Shown: piece by piece, positions 14,186 to 32,488 of the stretch
How positions within the stretch are numbered: position 1 is the first letter of the stretch
Layout: each line of letters starts with the position of its first letter
NCBI GenBank assembly: GCA_009914755.4
Contig: CP068257.2
Coordinates: forward strand, 28,544,001-28,608,000
Direction of reading: 5' to 3'
Origin: the human T2T-CHM13v2.0 reference genome, Homo sapiens
DNA length: 64,000 nt
Notes under the pieces: model-generated
What the model was told of the DNA's origin: nothing
Seen by the model: only the letters and a program-made list of their open reading frames with translations
Databases searched by the model: none
Program-made: the position numbers and the translations under genes

Positions 14186-17100
14186 TAAGATAACATATTC
14201 ACAGGGTCTGGGGATTAAAATGTGGACATCTTAGGTGGGTCATGATTTTACCTATTATTACATAAGCATTCAAACCATGCAATACAGCCAGTCTTTAAAA
14301 TCAAACAAATGAATACTTTACCTTGAATGGCAACCCCTTCCTACTGCTATTTCTAAGCTCTTTTAAAAATAAAAATCGATAGAATTGCCTCTTCTGTTTT
14401 CTTTGATATATTTCCTCCCATTCTCTTTTCAATTATTTTCAAGCGGACTTTGTTCTTCATAACTCCCATAAAAAACTCTTTTTAAAGCCACTGATAATTT
14501 CCACATTGTTAAATTTTGCTATGAATTCTTAGTTCTCATCTTACTTAACAGATGAGAAGAAGGTGGTCCATTGACAACTTCCTTATTTGTTCAGTGTTAA
14601 GTTCTAGGGATGTCACTTTCTTCTGGTTATTTTCTTACCTCTCTGGTGAATTTTTCACATTCTCTTTGGCGAGATTTTTCTTTTTGCCAACCTCTAAACA
14701 CTACGTGTTCCAGAGTGACAATATAAATGCTCTGATTTCTGTGTATGTGCTGACAGCTTCCAAATTTTTATCCCTAGCTTGGAGCACTCCCCTGAAATGC
14801 AGAGATACATGCAAATGTCAACTCTGCTATTTTCCTTGAAAATCTCCACAGGCATCTCAAATCTAGAATGACGAAGACCAAATTGCCAATTGTTACAAAT
14901 AACCACGCCAAACTGCTTATACCATCTCAGTGGCAATTCTCTCCTGCAGAGTTTATTCATCCAAAAACATCGGTGCTACCCTCATAGCATCTTTGTATTT
15001 CTGTCTTCAGGTTCCACTGATCAGCATGTCAGTTTTGCCTGCAAATATGTCCAGAATCAAATCACTTCTCACCACATCCACCACTATCAGCTGATCCAAG
15101 CCACCATCATTTTTTTGTCTTCATTCAGCAGTCTGGTCTCCTAGCCCTTGCACCCCTACAACATATTTTCAATACAGCAACCAGGATAGTCTTTTAAAAA
15201 TGAAGTCAGATTATGTCATTCCTCTGCTTAAGCCTGAAAAGGCATCTCCTCTTACTCAGAGTAAGAGTCGAACCCCTTACAATGGCTCACTACCTCACTA
15301 CCTCTCTGAACTCATCTCTGGCAATTGTTTTCCTTGCCTGTATTGCCCAAGAGAAGCTGAAATCCTGGCAGTTACTCAAACTGCATAAGCAGTCTTCCTC
15401 TTCAAGGCTGCACTCTCTTTTCTCCACATAGGAAAGACATTCCTTGGATATTCCCATGGCTCAGTTTCTCGCTTTCTTTAGGTCTTTGCTTGAAAAGTTT
15501 TGCCTTTCTCCTACACAGGTATTTCTATTCCTTGACCCTCATCTGTTGTTTTCAATAATACTTCTTTCAACTTGTCATATTATTTATATGGAAATAAACA
15601 AAGATGAACCAAATGAGGAAAGCAAAGTCTGTTTATACAGAACTTGCCATGGCCAGGGAGTCAGCCACCAATGTTTGCATTTTGGCAAAGTCTCAAAGGC
15701 AGGCAGAGGAGTGGAAAAGCTTCATCATGCAGAAAAGGGAAGACCTCAAACACACCTTAATTGAAGAAGTGGGAAGACCTCAGGTACCCTCTAATTGGAG
15801 ACTTTAACATGGAGAAGCTGCAGGTGGGGTAATGATAGCTGGATATTCCATGTAATTGTTTAGGGTTGCATTTTTGTTTTTTTCTGGTTGGTCCTATATT
15901 GAAAGCAGTGACAAAAATGTGAGAAACTGTCAGTTATTAATGAAATTCTGGCCATTTGGGGCTGATTGTTATAGAAATTATTGTTTAGCTTATGGTATCA
16001 GTACTAGCAATAGCAGTCTGACTCCCTACAAGTCTGACTTATAGCAGTCTGGCTTTCTGGGATGTTTATTGTAAATAAAGGATTGGTTTTCTGGGCAAGT
16101 TCCTGTAGGTTGTTGGTCAGAGTTCTGTTTTTGAACATGACTTGACCATTGTCCACTTATATGTCCAGTTTCTCATATATTTGTTCTTTTAGACGTATAA
16201 TAGTTGTCTCTTCCTACTCACATGTAAATCTTGGGAAAAAGACAGTGTCAGGTGATTTATTATGTTAGGAACCAAGATTCATGTTTGTGAATTTTCTTAT
16301 TCCCAGTGCCTTGCAATAGTCCATGATCAATAAATATTTGAGTAAAAGGGGGCCATATATGGTCATGCCTATTTTCTTGAGTGGTTACATGAAAGATATG
16401 CCACATCAAATAGACTGAATTACTTAATCTGAGAAGCCAAGATTCAGTAATTTTGTTTGAGTAGATTTTGTTTGTTTGTGTAGGCTCTCTTGCCTGCAAA
16501 TGACTTGGAAATGACCTTTCAAACTATGGAGTCTCTAAAGAGAGTTTAAAAAAAACCATGTGATACAAGCCATACTGTGTAATATTGGCTTAATAACTAG
16601 AAATCGATTTGCATTGCTTTCCCTCTGTTATGGCTCACGTTTGAAAGCCAAAGTAATAGAGAAAAATAAAGCTATGGTCAATTCTAAATATAATCCACAA
16701 TGATGAGTTGTTCCAAAGGTCTATGTCCTACCATTTATCATGTTTTGATATAAACCTTTCATCTTCTCTATTTACAAGGATGATCCATGCTTGTTTCTTC
16801 TGCACAAAGTAGACTAGAGCACCCCCTGGTGTTTGGATGATATCACTACCCTCTTCAGTATACTAGGGTTTCTATGTTTGCATGAAGTGTTAATATGAGA
16901 GAAGTTTGTTGTTGTAATGTCTGGCACTTAATACTGAATTCTAGATCCATTAGTTGTGTTATAACCATCTTGATTTTAGGGCATCATTGATCTATTAATT
17001 CTCATCTGAGCTCAGAATTCCGAATGGTTTTCCCTAAATGTTACCATCTTCACCCAAAATATCTAAACATTTATGCATAGTCTTTAAGTGATATACAGTT

Positions 17101-17918
17101 ATCCCCTTACATTTCAAGAAGGACTCTTTGTAATTCAATATTATTGAGAACACCTACACTGTTCTGAGCTGTGGTAAGTGTTTTGCAGGCATCATTATAT
17201 TGAATCTTCACAAACTAACTTATGAGGTTCTGTTATTATTTCAAATAATAAATATATTTCGAATTTTATTTCAAATAATAAAACTGACACTCTCAGAGGC
17301 TTCATAACTCCTAGGTTTTCACAACTAGTGGTTTGCAAAGGTGGGATTTGCAGCCAGTTCTATATAACTTTATGAACTAGAGAGCTTACCTAGTCTACTA
17401 TATAGTCTCATTCTTACATGTTTTATTTTGAGTTGTTCACACTCTTGTTTTCAAAAATAAACCAGTCCTCCCCACCACAACAACATCTGTATGGATCCCT
17501 TACTTTCTAAAAATGACCATGGGGTCCTTTTAATTAGAACCAAAGTTCTAATACTAACAGACACTTCTGATCCTAAACACAATCATGAGACAGATGAAGT
17601 ATTTAAGTCCAAAGAACCCGGCAATTTCAGTCTAACTCCCTTCGTCACCTATTGTCTTATTTTAGCTTTTCTCATATGCTTCCTGCCAGATGCTTTTTTG
17701 AACATTATAGAATACAGCAAGTATCCATCTGAAAATTTAAAAAATATAAAGTATTTTAAGTGTAAAATTCCTTCAAGGTAATCCAGGGCTTCTTAAAAGT
17801 CAAGATCTAGAATGTTGTAGACAGTAGGTGTTCATTAATTATTTTTTGAATGAATGAATTATACGTAAATGAAGAATATACCCATAAATTCAGAGTGATC
17901 TGTAAAACTCAAGAAATT

Positions 17919-17946
17919 GTGTGTGTGTGTGTGTGAGAGAGAGAGA
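17919..17946. repeat. (GT)n(GA)n compound microsatellite
   Basis: gtgtgtgtgtgtgtgtgagagagagaga. Confidence 0.9.
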
Positions 17947-19949
17947 TGAGATTTCATGACTAAAAGCTAAAAATCATCTCTATTTGTCTGAGCTCTGGAT
18001 AACTCAGGTTAGATTCCTTAATCCATTTCATCCAGAACAGAGATTTTATTATTTACTAGTTTTTTGACTTTGCATGTAAGGGTCTAACATTTAAATTTGT
18101 GAATTTCCTCATGAAGAGACAACTGAAGAGGTTTTTGCAGAACTGACCTGGGGAGTGATGCTGGAGCTCTCCAGACTGGCCCAGGAAGACTGGTGAATCT
18201 CTGACTCTGAGCTAAGTGCAGACCATCCAGAAATACTTGCTGAATGAAGGACTAGATCTTCTAAATTGCCAAGCTGGGTAATTTTTAGAGAAATGAAATT
18301 TTAGGACATTGATGCTAAGGTTAGGAGGGCCTATCAATGCCAAGACTTGAGAAATAGTAGAGGATTGGAAGGACCTCTCAGACTGAACTGGATTGTGGAT
18401 GCTTGAAGAAAAACTTCCACCGCTGTTTAGGGAGTGTGTTCTTCATAATTCTGTCCTCTTATGCTATACTTTTTTTCTCCTTTTAAGCAGCAATATATAG
18501 GATTCCTCTCCCAGTTCAAATATAGACAGTCTCTAAAGACCATCTCTCTGATCCCAAAAAACAGAAAAAAAAACTAGTTAAATTACAAAATCACCATTTA
18601 TTCTTTTTAAACCCCAAAAGAAGGGAGAATTACAAAACCATCATTTATCTTTTTAAACCCCAAAGTAAGAGACACTGGGTTTTGCAAAATGCTTTTGCAA
18701 AAATATCTTTTTGCTGGCAAATACCCATCTTGGCTTCATATTTTTTACCACTTGTAAATGAAGTCCAATTCTGCTGAAATTCTGAAACGCATTAATGCAT
18801 TGAGTGATACTGTTTACTGGGAATAAGTAATAATTTTCACATCTCAAGTTAAAACCCTTTAATTTGCCTCCTAAGAAGTGGCCTAGGTTGGAAAACAATA
18901 AAAACATCTCAAAGAGAAAGAAGAAAACACTGAGAGTTAGAGAATATTTTACTAAATTTTTAAAGAATGTTAGCTTTGCATTTGTTCTTGGAAGTGAATC
19001 AGTAAGTGAATTTGTTTCTGAATATACACATTCACAAAAAAAATCAGTTTTTTCTGTTTCCATTATATAACTATTGAATGAATATTTAAAAGATATTAGT
19101 TTAATATGCCAAAATTATCGACGGCCCAGCATACAAACCAGCCTTGTCTGTTTCAGAAATAGAAGAGACACTGGTGTTTGAGAGGCACAGGGCACTGAAA
19201 GGGCTTTAGATTTGGATATATCTGCATTTGCGCACTGCTTCTCCACTTACTGTCCATGTAATTTGGGATATGTTCCTTAGCCTTTCTGAACATAACTTTC
19301 CTCAGGTAAAAGAGCTTCTTTTCATTGTTTATGTGAGGATTGTGGGCTATTTTTGTAAAGTCCAATCACAGAGTGTATGCCTTATGAAAAGATTGGCTAC
19401 CACGGCTGCAATGATTAATAATATGTTCATATTTTCCTTTCTGATTATTGACTATGTTTGGGAAGAGTGATCATTTAAAATCAAATATTGACATGTTAAT
19501 ATTGCTTATCTCTTTGAGGCAGGGGTTTTAGATGACTTTTACTTTTGTATGTAATTTTATTTTTAAGTGAAAAGTATTCCACAAGATTTTGTATATTATA
19601 CAAACATATAATTGGAAACAGAGCTAATGAACAAATCAATTTTGATTATGAAAGAATTAAAATAAAGTTGGGTTGATATCAGTCTGTAGATCAAAGATGC
19701 CTCAATGAAAAATTTTGTTCTGGGTTAATCCAAGGCACAACCCTCCTTTATTAAGCAGTTTGTTATGTCATGCACCAGAATTATCCACATTTGAGTTGAT
19801 GAACAAGTTTCATTCCCTCTTGGTGCTTCATAGTGCTTCAGAGAGAATTCATAGTACTCTGGGTATTTGGGGGGTGTTTTGAAGACATGATAGTCACATA
19901 TTGATGCTTCTGGATAGTTGCTCAGTTCATTAGGTTCTCCAAAGGCTTA

Positions 19950-20385
19950 CTGTTAAAAGACTATTTCTTAATCCCACTACTGGATATGTAACAAAAGGAA
20001 AGGATATCTGTAGGTTGAAGAGATATCTGCCCTCCCATGTCAATTGCAGGACTATACATAATACTAAAATATGGAATCAACCAAAGTGGTCGTCAACAGA
20101 TGAATGGATTTTTAAAATGTGGTGTTTATGATTCAGCCATAAAAAAGGAACAAAATCCTATTATTCGTGGCAACATAGATGAGCCCAGAGGACATTATGT
20201 TAAGTGAATTAAACCAAATACAGCATGTTCTCACTTATGTGGAAGCTAAAAACATTGATCTCATAGAAGTAGAGAGTAGAATAATGGTTACTAGAAACTG
20301 GGGGTAGGGTGGAGGTGGGTAGCCAGAAGTAGGGTTTGAGCTTTTTTCCCACATAAATGTCTTTTGAGAAGTGTCTGTTCATATC
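19950..20385 (+). mobile_element. Older L1 (L1M/L1PB-like) ORF2 C-terminus and 3'UTR fragment
   Basis: gaagagatatctgccctcccatgtcaattgcag...tggaatcaaccaaagtggtcgtcaacagatgaatggat...cagccataaaaaaggaacaaaatcc...catgttctcacttatgtggaagctaaaaa...agagagtagaataatggttactagaaactggg matches the L1 ORF2 end and 3'UTR. Confidence 0.6.
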
Positions 20386-20430
20386 CTTAATAGCTTACCA
20401 ACCAAAAAACATCCAGGACCAGGCGGATTC
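20386..20430 (-). mobile_element. Short inverted L1 ORF2 segment at a junction
   Basis: cataaatgtcttttgagaagtgtctgttcatatcctt is the reverse complement of the L1 ORF2 sequence gacatgaacagacacttctcaaaagaagacatttatg. It is wedged between two plus-strand L1 segments. Confidence 0.4.
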
Positions 20431-21960
<1,530 letters not shown>

Positions 21961-22430
21961 AGAATTTCATTTTATTTTGCCAACAGCTTTAAACCAAAGG
22001 ACATTAATGCTGTTTTAGAACTAGAAATTTTCTATGCAGTTTGTTCTCACGTATGCCTTCCCACAATGATAATCTGGAGACTTAAGAAGTTTACTCTAGA
22101 TTCCCCAAGGCTACAGACAGGCCAAACTAAATACTTGAGAACACACGTACCTCTGGCAACCAATAATAAACTTTTCTGATTGTTTTTCTTTCTCAAGTAC
22201 CTAGAGAATATTTTCAAGTCTGTGGAGAATATTTACATAAGAGTCAAGTTCATAAATAATAGTAAAAATTGCTGGATTTTGTTCATACAGGTCAAGGAGT
22301 GAAGCAGTAAACCCTAGAAGCAACAAACAAGTGTTTATTGAAAACATATTACATAAGCAATAGTCTCTTTTTTGCTTTTTACTTTTAATTTACATATCAT
22401 TGTATATATTTATGGTATACATTGTGATTA

Positions 22431-24483
<2,053 letters not shown>

Positions 24484-25514
24484 TCAAAAGTCTGTGATTT
24501 AGCAATGAGGAAACTGACTCAGGAATTAGTTACATACATTGCTCAAGGATATGCAGTTAATTAAGGAAAATTGAAATACTGGCTTCCTGAGTGAGGTTCT
24601 AGTCTTCTTCAATCAACACTAGGCTTGATAGATTTGGGAGGAGAGCTTTCTGATTAAATCTTGATTTATAAAAGCATTCTCCAACGTAATAATGCCAGCT
24701 GTGTTCTAAATGCTAAAAGACTGCCTTTATGTCACAGCTTATTTTGAAATTTATAAGAATAGATGGGACAGAGATACTACTGGAGTATGCCTGCCACATT
24801 TGCTATAAAAGAAGAAAGAAAAGATTTGATCTGAGCCTCCTCACTATTAATGCAATATTTTCTCCTCAGCTCACGTTCTACAGTGAGTTGGGCAAGCACT
24901 CTGTGAAATTATTTCCACTACAAAGTCAGTAGAGTAAGAATGTAAAGTATATTCAAGACAGATATCCCAAAACTTGATGAAACCAGTAGCCTTTAGATCA
25001 ATTAGTGACGATCTACTTTTAAAAAAATCCAGAGATCAATGAAGCAGAATAAATAGCTCAGAAACAGACAGTGAGATATGTATGCATTTTTACTTGATAA
25101 ATAAGGCATCAGTAAACTACAGGGAATGGATTATTTAACAAATGGAGCTGAAAATTTTACTACTTAGGAAATTAAAAGTTTATATTCACCTTTTACCATG
25201 TTAAAAAAGTAAATTCTCTCTGTGAAATAAGATGGCTTGCTGGTTGAAATGTAAAAATCAAAGAGTGAAATAAAAGCAGAAACTGAATGTATTGTGTTGT
25301 GGTTTAAGGATAGAAATCAAAGTGAAACTGATATTTGTTTATATGAATTGTCAACTTATTTTTTTCCCACTTGGATATTTCCAAAACCCTTTAGTTAAAT
25401 TTAAAATATGAAGCCTTTATCAAACTAGCTCTCAGTCTTCACTTAAGATGAGTAATTTTTCTTGAAGCATGGTAAAACAGCTGTCTTTCAATCATAAATA
25501 TTTCCACAGATCTA

Positions 25515-25820
25515 GAAAATATTGCTGGCTGTGTGCAGGGGCTCATGCCTGTAATCCCAACACTTTGGGAGGCTGAGGTGGCAAGATCACTTGTAGCCAG
25601 GAGTTTGAGATCAGCCTGGGCAACATAGTGAGACCTCTTCTCTACAAAAATAAAAATAAAAATTAGCTGAGTGTGGTGGTGCATGCCTGTAGTCCCAACT
25701 ACTTGGGAGGCTGAGTCTTGAACTCAGGAGTTGGAGGATATGGTGGCAAGCTATGATCAAGTTGCTGCACTCCAGCCTGGCGCAACAGAACAAGACCCCT
25801 CAAGACTCTCAAAAAAAAGG
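25515..25820 (+). mobile_element. Alu SINE
   Basis: It runs from gctggctgtgtgcaggggctcatgcctgtaatcccaacactttgggaggc to gacccctcaagactctcaaaaaaaagg. Confidence 0.9.
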
Positions 25821-26019
25821 AAAAGATACAAAAATATTTTTTGATTCTTCCTTTTTTCTCTTGCTCACCTGTCATTTTTTATCCCCCTTTATAACTTCTC
25901 ATCAATTTCTCATCAGCTTTTCTCATTGTTTGATTACTTTCCTCAGAGTTTAATGGTCTTTCCTCATCCTTTTCCTCCGCAGTCCTGTTTTGATTTTCTG
26001 CCAAGTTAAATATCTACTG

Positions 26020-26172
26020 TTTTTTGTTGCTGTTGTTGTTTGTAGAGATAGGATCTCACTATGTGGCCCAGGTTGGTCTTGAATTCGTGGCCTTAAAGGA
26101 TTCTTCTATCTCTACCTCTCAACTTATCGCCCAAAATGCTGGGATTATAGGCATGAGCCACCATGCCCAGCT
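26020..26172 (-). mobile_element. Partial Alu (about 150 bp, antisense)
   Basis: A T-rich leader is followed by gagataggatctcactatgtggcccaggttggtcttgaattcgtggcc...cccaaaatgctgggattataggcatgagccaccatgcccagc. Confidence 0.8.
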
Positions 26173-26210
26173 TGTTTTTCATATATTTATATCCTTAAAA
26201 TATACTCATT

Positions 26211-26345
26211 TAGCCAGGCATGGCGGCATGCCTCTGTAATCCCAGCTGCTCGAGAGGCTGAAACAGGAGGATCACTTGAGCCCAGAAGTCCAGCCAGAGC
26301 AACATGGGAAGGCTCATCTGTTAATAATTAAAAATAAAATACACT
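26211..26345 (+). mobile_element. Partial Alu or FLAM-like monomer
   Basis: gccaggcatggcggcatgcctctgtaatcccagctgctcgagaggctgaaacaggaggatcacttgagcccagaagtccagccagagcaacatgg. Confidence 0.75.
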
Positions 26346-26508
26346 GTATACATTTATTGATTTTCCTCACTATTAAAATATTCAGTCACTAAAAAATGAG
26401 AGTAAAAAAATTATTAACAAAATAGTAATCACACTTACTTTTACATTTTCATCTTTTTCTTTTCAGCCATTCTTTTCATGTATACATATGCAAGTGCATT
26501 GTTTGTGT

Positions 26509-26555
26509 ATGTGTGAGAGAGACAGAAGGAGAGAGAGAGAGAGGAGAGAGGGAGT
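26509..26555. repeat. (GA)n-rich purine tract
   Basis: gtgtgagagagacagaaggagagagagagaggagagagggag. Confidence 0.85.
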
Positions 26556-26889
26556 TTAAATCATGATAATGGTAATTATGCACTTTAGAACTGTTTTTGT
26601 CCTATTTTGATAACATTATAGCATAACATTATATACTGACTCCTCAGTAGCAGGGAAATATGCATTGAATGGATGGATGCACCATCGTTAATTGAACCTT
26701 TCTCCCTGTGGAACACATAGACTATTTCCAACTTTCCATCATTATAAATAGTGCTTAGATTAATAGGCATTTACAAAACATTTGTGAACATCTCCGATTA
26801 TTACTAAGCATAAATTTCTAGATTACAACATTTTATCTCACATGCCTTTTAAAAAAATTTTTGTCTTCCCTTGGGGAAAATGTAACTAA

Positions 26890-27276
<387 letters not shown>

Positions 27277-27726
27277 TGAATAAGCATTAAACTAGAATGT
27301 GGTGCACACCACAAGCAATCTGCTCAGAGATTGAAAAGACAGAAACAAACCTTACCTTTTTGCATAGCCATGCAGAAGCAACCGTTATATACATGTGTTC
27401 AAGATAAACAATACCTAGTTCTCAAGTAAGAGAACTTGGCACCATTTGTCACACAAAGTCCATCCTAAATTCACCTGGTAATTGGAGTGACCATCTGTGT
27501 CAGCTAATTAGCTTCATCCAGAGGAGAAACAAATTTTCTATGTCTTTATGACATGAGTTATTTTGCAAATTGGAGCAGATGTCCACTGAAGTTAGGCTCC
27601 TAGCCTTCCCCAGAAACCGGGAGATAGGGTTAGGGATGCTGTCTCCCTTCACATTTACATTAGGAAGAGATGGCCCAGGTCCTTGAGAAAGATATTCCTG
27701 GGTCATAAAACTGACGAAAGGTCTGA

Positions 27727-28077
<351 letters not shown>

Positions 28078-28102
28078 TGAAAGAAAAATTTCCCTTTAAG
28101 TT

Positions 28103-28328
28103 GTTTTTGTTGTTGTTGTTGTTGTTTTTTAATACTTTAAGTTTTAGGGTACATGTGCACAACGTGCAGGTTTGTTACATATGTATACATGTGCCATGTT
28201 GGTGTGCGGCACCCATTAACTTGTCATTTAACATTAGGTATATCTCCTAATGCTATCCCTCCCCCCTCCCCCCTCCCCCCACCCCACCACAGGCCCCGGT
28301 GTGTGATGTTCCCCTTCCTTGTGTTCCC
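28103..28328 (-). mobile_element. About 200-bp L1PA 3'-end fragment (extreme 5' truncation) with T-rich tail
   Basis: ttgtttttgttgttgttgttgttgttttttaatactttaagttttagggtacatgtgcacaacgtgcaggtttgttacatatgtatacatgtgccatgttggtgtgcggcacccattaacttgtcatttaacattaggtatatctcctaatgctatccctccccc is a near-exact antisense match to the young L1 3' terminus. Confidence 0.9.
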
Positions 28329-30087
28329 TTTAAGTTCTTAACAACTGTACTGTAAGCCTGGAATGGACCAAAGATGGTTCCAAAATCGTTGGTGGTCTTT
28401 CCATTGAGAAGAGGGGCCTGTTTTTCTTCTCCTTGACCTGGGACTGTCTTTGACCAATTGCATATGGTGAAAGTGACTCGTATTTTTCCCCCTTTGGATT
28501 CTTAAAGCTCTCAGCTATTCTGCTGACAAACTCCCTTGGTGAAAAGATAAGGTGGAGAGGCCATAAGACCACATATAGGGGAATCATTGCCAAGGCACCA
28601 GGCAGTGAGGAAAACTGTTGACACTTTATACACTAGCTACTAACTGAAGAGGATGCTACAGGCCAGCTGAGCCCTGCCTAAATTCCTATCCCATGAAATA
28701 ATATCTAAAAACAGTCCGTGTTTTGAGTCACCAAGTTTTGAGATTTTGTGTTATACAGCAAGTAAAGATTTCAGCCATTGTGGGTTCATTGGCTCAATGC
28801 ACAGCAAGTTAATATACTGAGTGAGATACCAGAGATTGCGGCAGACAGAGTCTAATAATCATATGAGAAGGGAGGAAACCTCAAATCCTCCTCTCCAAGG
28901 AGTATGGGGCTGGAGGTTTTAAGGAGCTAGGAGTGGGCAGAAATGTGGGATCCGTGATTGGTGGCAGAGTGCAGAATGAAGTCTTGGGGCGGGGAGAGGA
29001 AGAAACTGCATTATCATCCTGATTTCATTCTTCTCTGGGGCTCTTCAAACTGGTAGCGTCAGGCTTCTGCTGGCATCCAGGATCTGAAGAACATCTTGAA
29101 CAATTCTTAAACAAAAGCCTTATGATTCTAACTTTGGAAATCCTATCTATGGAAACAGTGGGCATGCAAATCGTCCGTATCTGGTGCTATGTGGCTTTTA
29201 GTTACAAGGAAATGGGCCAAAGGGCAGACTGATGAATGCTTAATTATAACTGTATTTCTGTTCAGAACCTGACATGTAGTTCTTGTTAACCCTGTGAATA
29301 CAGTATCATAGTCAGAGCAGGGCACAATGCTGAGTCATGTTTTTTTTTCTTTTTTCTTCCTTTAATAAAAGTAAAAGAGCACTGTATTAAGATTCAGGGC
29401 GGGCTGCAGTTGAACCAGGAGGATAGGCTTCCTTTTCCTCTGAGGGTTTCTCAGCTTTAAAGCTGGAGAGCAGTTTGATTTCCAAAGTATTTTTTTAACT
29501 TTAATATCTAATAAAATACAGTTTCTTTTTCAAAGAGGATCTCCATGTAGCCACGAAAAAATATCTACTTTCATATCAAAAATTAAAAAAGCAACATAAA
29601 AAAGTAGCCCAATTCAGAAAAAAAATAGGGGAAAAGATTCATTTGTGATGCTCACACAAATGTATTTCTACCAGGTTGCAGATTAAAAACAAAGGAAAAA
29701 GATCTTCAATCACAGACCTCCTTCCGTCTCAGGAGGGTTTCAACAACTCAAGTGCAAAATAGAGAGATCAGTAAAGAGAGAGGCAACCGTAGACAACCAA
29801 TTTAATAACCATAGAGACTGGTGGGGAGGAGGGGGATGGGTATCAGAAAAACCAAGCAAGAGGGAAAAAGCTGAGTATGGAGATGGATTGGGGTTGTTTG
29901 CTCAATGCCTGTGTTAATAAAATTTATTCTATCTTTTAAAAAAAGTTAAATAACAAATGCCAATTATTATTTTATTTTAGCCCACTGGGTAAGAAAGGTT
30001 ATATAAATTCTTCCCTGAATCAGGAAAATGCTCAACTCTGATATTTTTTATTTTTCTAAAAGGTTCTTTTAGTTTTCAGCATTTTCA

Positions 30088-30651
<564 letters not shown>

Positions 30652-32132
30652 TTAGAGTTGCTCTTCAAAGAGGATCCCCATATAGCTATGAAGAGTTAGC
30701 TACCCATAGGCGTATATAAGTAGGTGTGGGGGAGATATACAATACATGGTGATTTGAAGGACACGAAGGAAGCTCAGAGAGCAATAGTGTAGGGTAAATC
30801 TCTTTCCCAGAAGGAGCGTGGGGTGGTTGACACACTTCTGTCTCACAGCAGGACTGAGCTAACACAGCGTGGTGTGGCACAGGGGAAGATGCGTGGGTGC
30901 AGCCAGGAAGAAAGAGGTCAAGCAGAGGCCGGGATTCAACCACCCCGACAATAAAGGATGACAAGGGCATTGCCGGTGATCAAATGCCTGAAGGACAGAA
31001 TTTCTGAATGGCAAAGAAGTAACATGGAGTCTGACCAGACCAGAATATGGGCACCACAGGGCCCATGACAGAAGACCAGAAGGAAAAAGAAGGCTAGGCC
31101 ATTCGATGTTTTGTGGTTTTGTTTATCTGGTTTGTTTTCCCATGCTTAAGATGTTGAACTTGTCTGCAGGGCTGGGAAAGAATAGTTCTGAATTTGAGGA
31201 TCAACTTTGCCATATTGGAAGTAGTTTCCTTCACTTTTTTACTTGCTGGGTCCTATTTGGTGTTCCCTTACATAATTTCAGGATCTTTTCCCCTGTGGAA
31301 GTCAAGTTGCTACCATCAGCAATAGCCAATCCTGGAGTGGCAGGAATTCTTGCTGTACGTGGTGACCTAGTGACCTTAAAGTTGCTATCTGACTACTGGG
31401 AACCTGGTAAGCAGCCTCCGCACTCCCAGCTGTCCAGTGTCCTCACTCTCTGGTCTTACAGTCTCCAAGGCCCCAGGCTAAGTAGGAACCCAGCCTATGA
31501 ATAAGTCTCCCAAGGGTTTTCTGGCCCCGAGGTTATCCCCCTGAGACAGGTGAACAAAGCCTTCCCTCCTTCCAGGGTTACTTGTGAAGCAAGGAGGGCC
31601 TGAGTTTCTCTCCCACCCTCTCACTCCGAGCAGACATTCAGGCCTGGCCTTGAGCCTCTACACCAGGAATCCCCTCCTTCTTCTTAGACTCACCATTGAA
31701 CACAATGCTTCTCTTTCTTCCCGGAAGGTGGCAGCGCCTGAAACGTCTCAGAAAGCTTCCAGCCTCTGCCTGCTGGGCCTCGGCAGCAATTTGGCTTTGT
31801 TTCAGCAGTTGGATCACAGTTGAGAGGAGGGGGTTGCAGGGATACTGACAGGGAAGTCCTTCTCAGGACAAGGAAGGAGGCCTGGTGAATGGAAATACAA
31901 GGCCTACAATTGGAGTCCAAAAAAATAGAATGTTATCCCACAGGAGAAGGTAATAGATGTCAGGCACTAAAAGCAGTAAATCATCTAGAGGTTAAGAGGG
32001 GAATGAGAAGGGAGTCAAAATGTAGCAAAGATGGATGAGGAGGTCACTTTAGTGTTCAGGGAGAAAAAATGCTGTGACCAGTGAATCACAGGGAAGACTT
32101 GAGACATATATTATACACATATTAATCACAGA

Positions 32133-32171
32133 GAATATATATATATATAGTCTCCCTAATTCTAATTCAAG

Positions 32172-32207
<36 letters not shown>

Positions 32208-32326
32208 CCTAATTCTAATTCAAGGTACATATATATATATATATATATATATAGTCTCCCTAATTCTAATTCAAGGTACATATATATATATATATATATA
32301 TATAGTCTCCCTAATTCTAATTCAAG

Positions 32327-32362
<36 letters not shown>

Positions 32363-32421
32363 CCTAATTCTAATTCAAGGTACATATATATATATATATA
32401 TAGTCTCCCTAATTCTAATTC

Positions 32422-32466
<45 letters not shown>

Positions 32467-32488
32467 CCTAATTCTAATTCAAGGTACT
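32133..32488. repeat. Minisatellite of 7 copies of the core gtctccctaattctaattcaaggtaca, each followed by a (TA)n tract; period 44-60 bp
   Basis: Read directly. Core copies occur at about 32151, 32203, 32254, 32306, 32359, 32403 and 32463, with variable-length (AT)n runs between them. Confidence 0.95.

Noticed and set aside
18653-19063. 136-aa minus-strand ORF (METEKTDFFCECVYSETNSL...)
   Set aside because: AT-rich, low-complexity, with no recognisable domain or family similarity and no start or splice context. Consistent with a chance ORF in AT-rich intergenic DNA.
25515-26172. Inverted Alu pair (plus-strand Alu at 25515 and antisense partial Alu at 26020) about 200 bp apart, a potential dsRNA or A-to-I editing substrate
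   Set aside because: It is only meaningful if transcribed. I have no evidence of a transcript here, as this is an intergenic region upstream of CLDN8. Not reported as a finding.
31106-31504. 132-aa plus-strand ORF (MFCGFVYLVCFPMLKML...)
   Set aside because: No recognisable homology. Overlapping ORFs on both strands in the same GC-rich block argue for chance ORFs. The region is flagged as a finding instead, as a possible regulatory or LTR-derived block.
32133-32488. Repeat-spacer-like periodic array, a possible CRISPR look-alike
   Set aside because: This is a eukaryotic primate genome. The spacers are just variable (TA)n tracts, there are no cas genes and no leader. It is a minisatellite.
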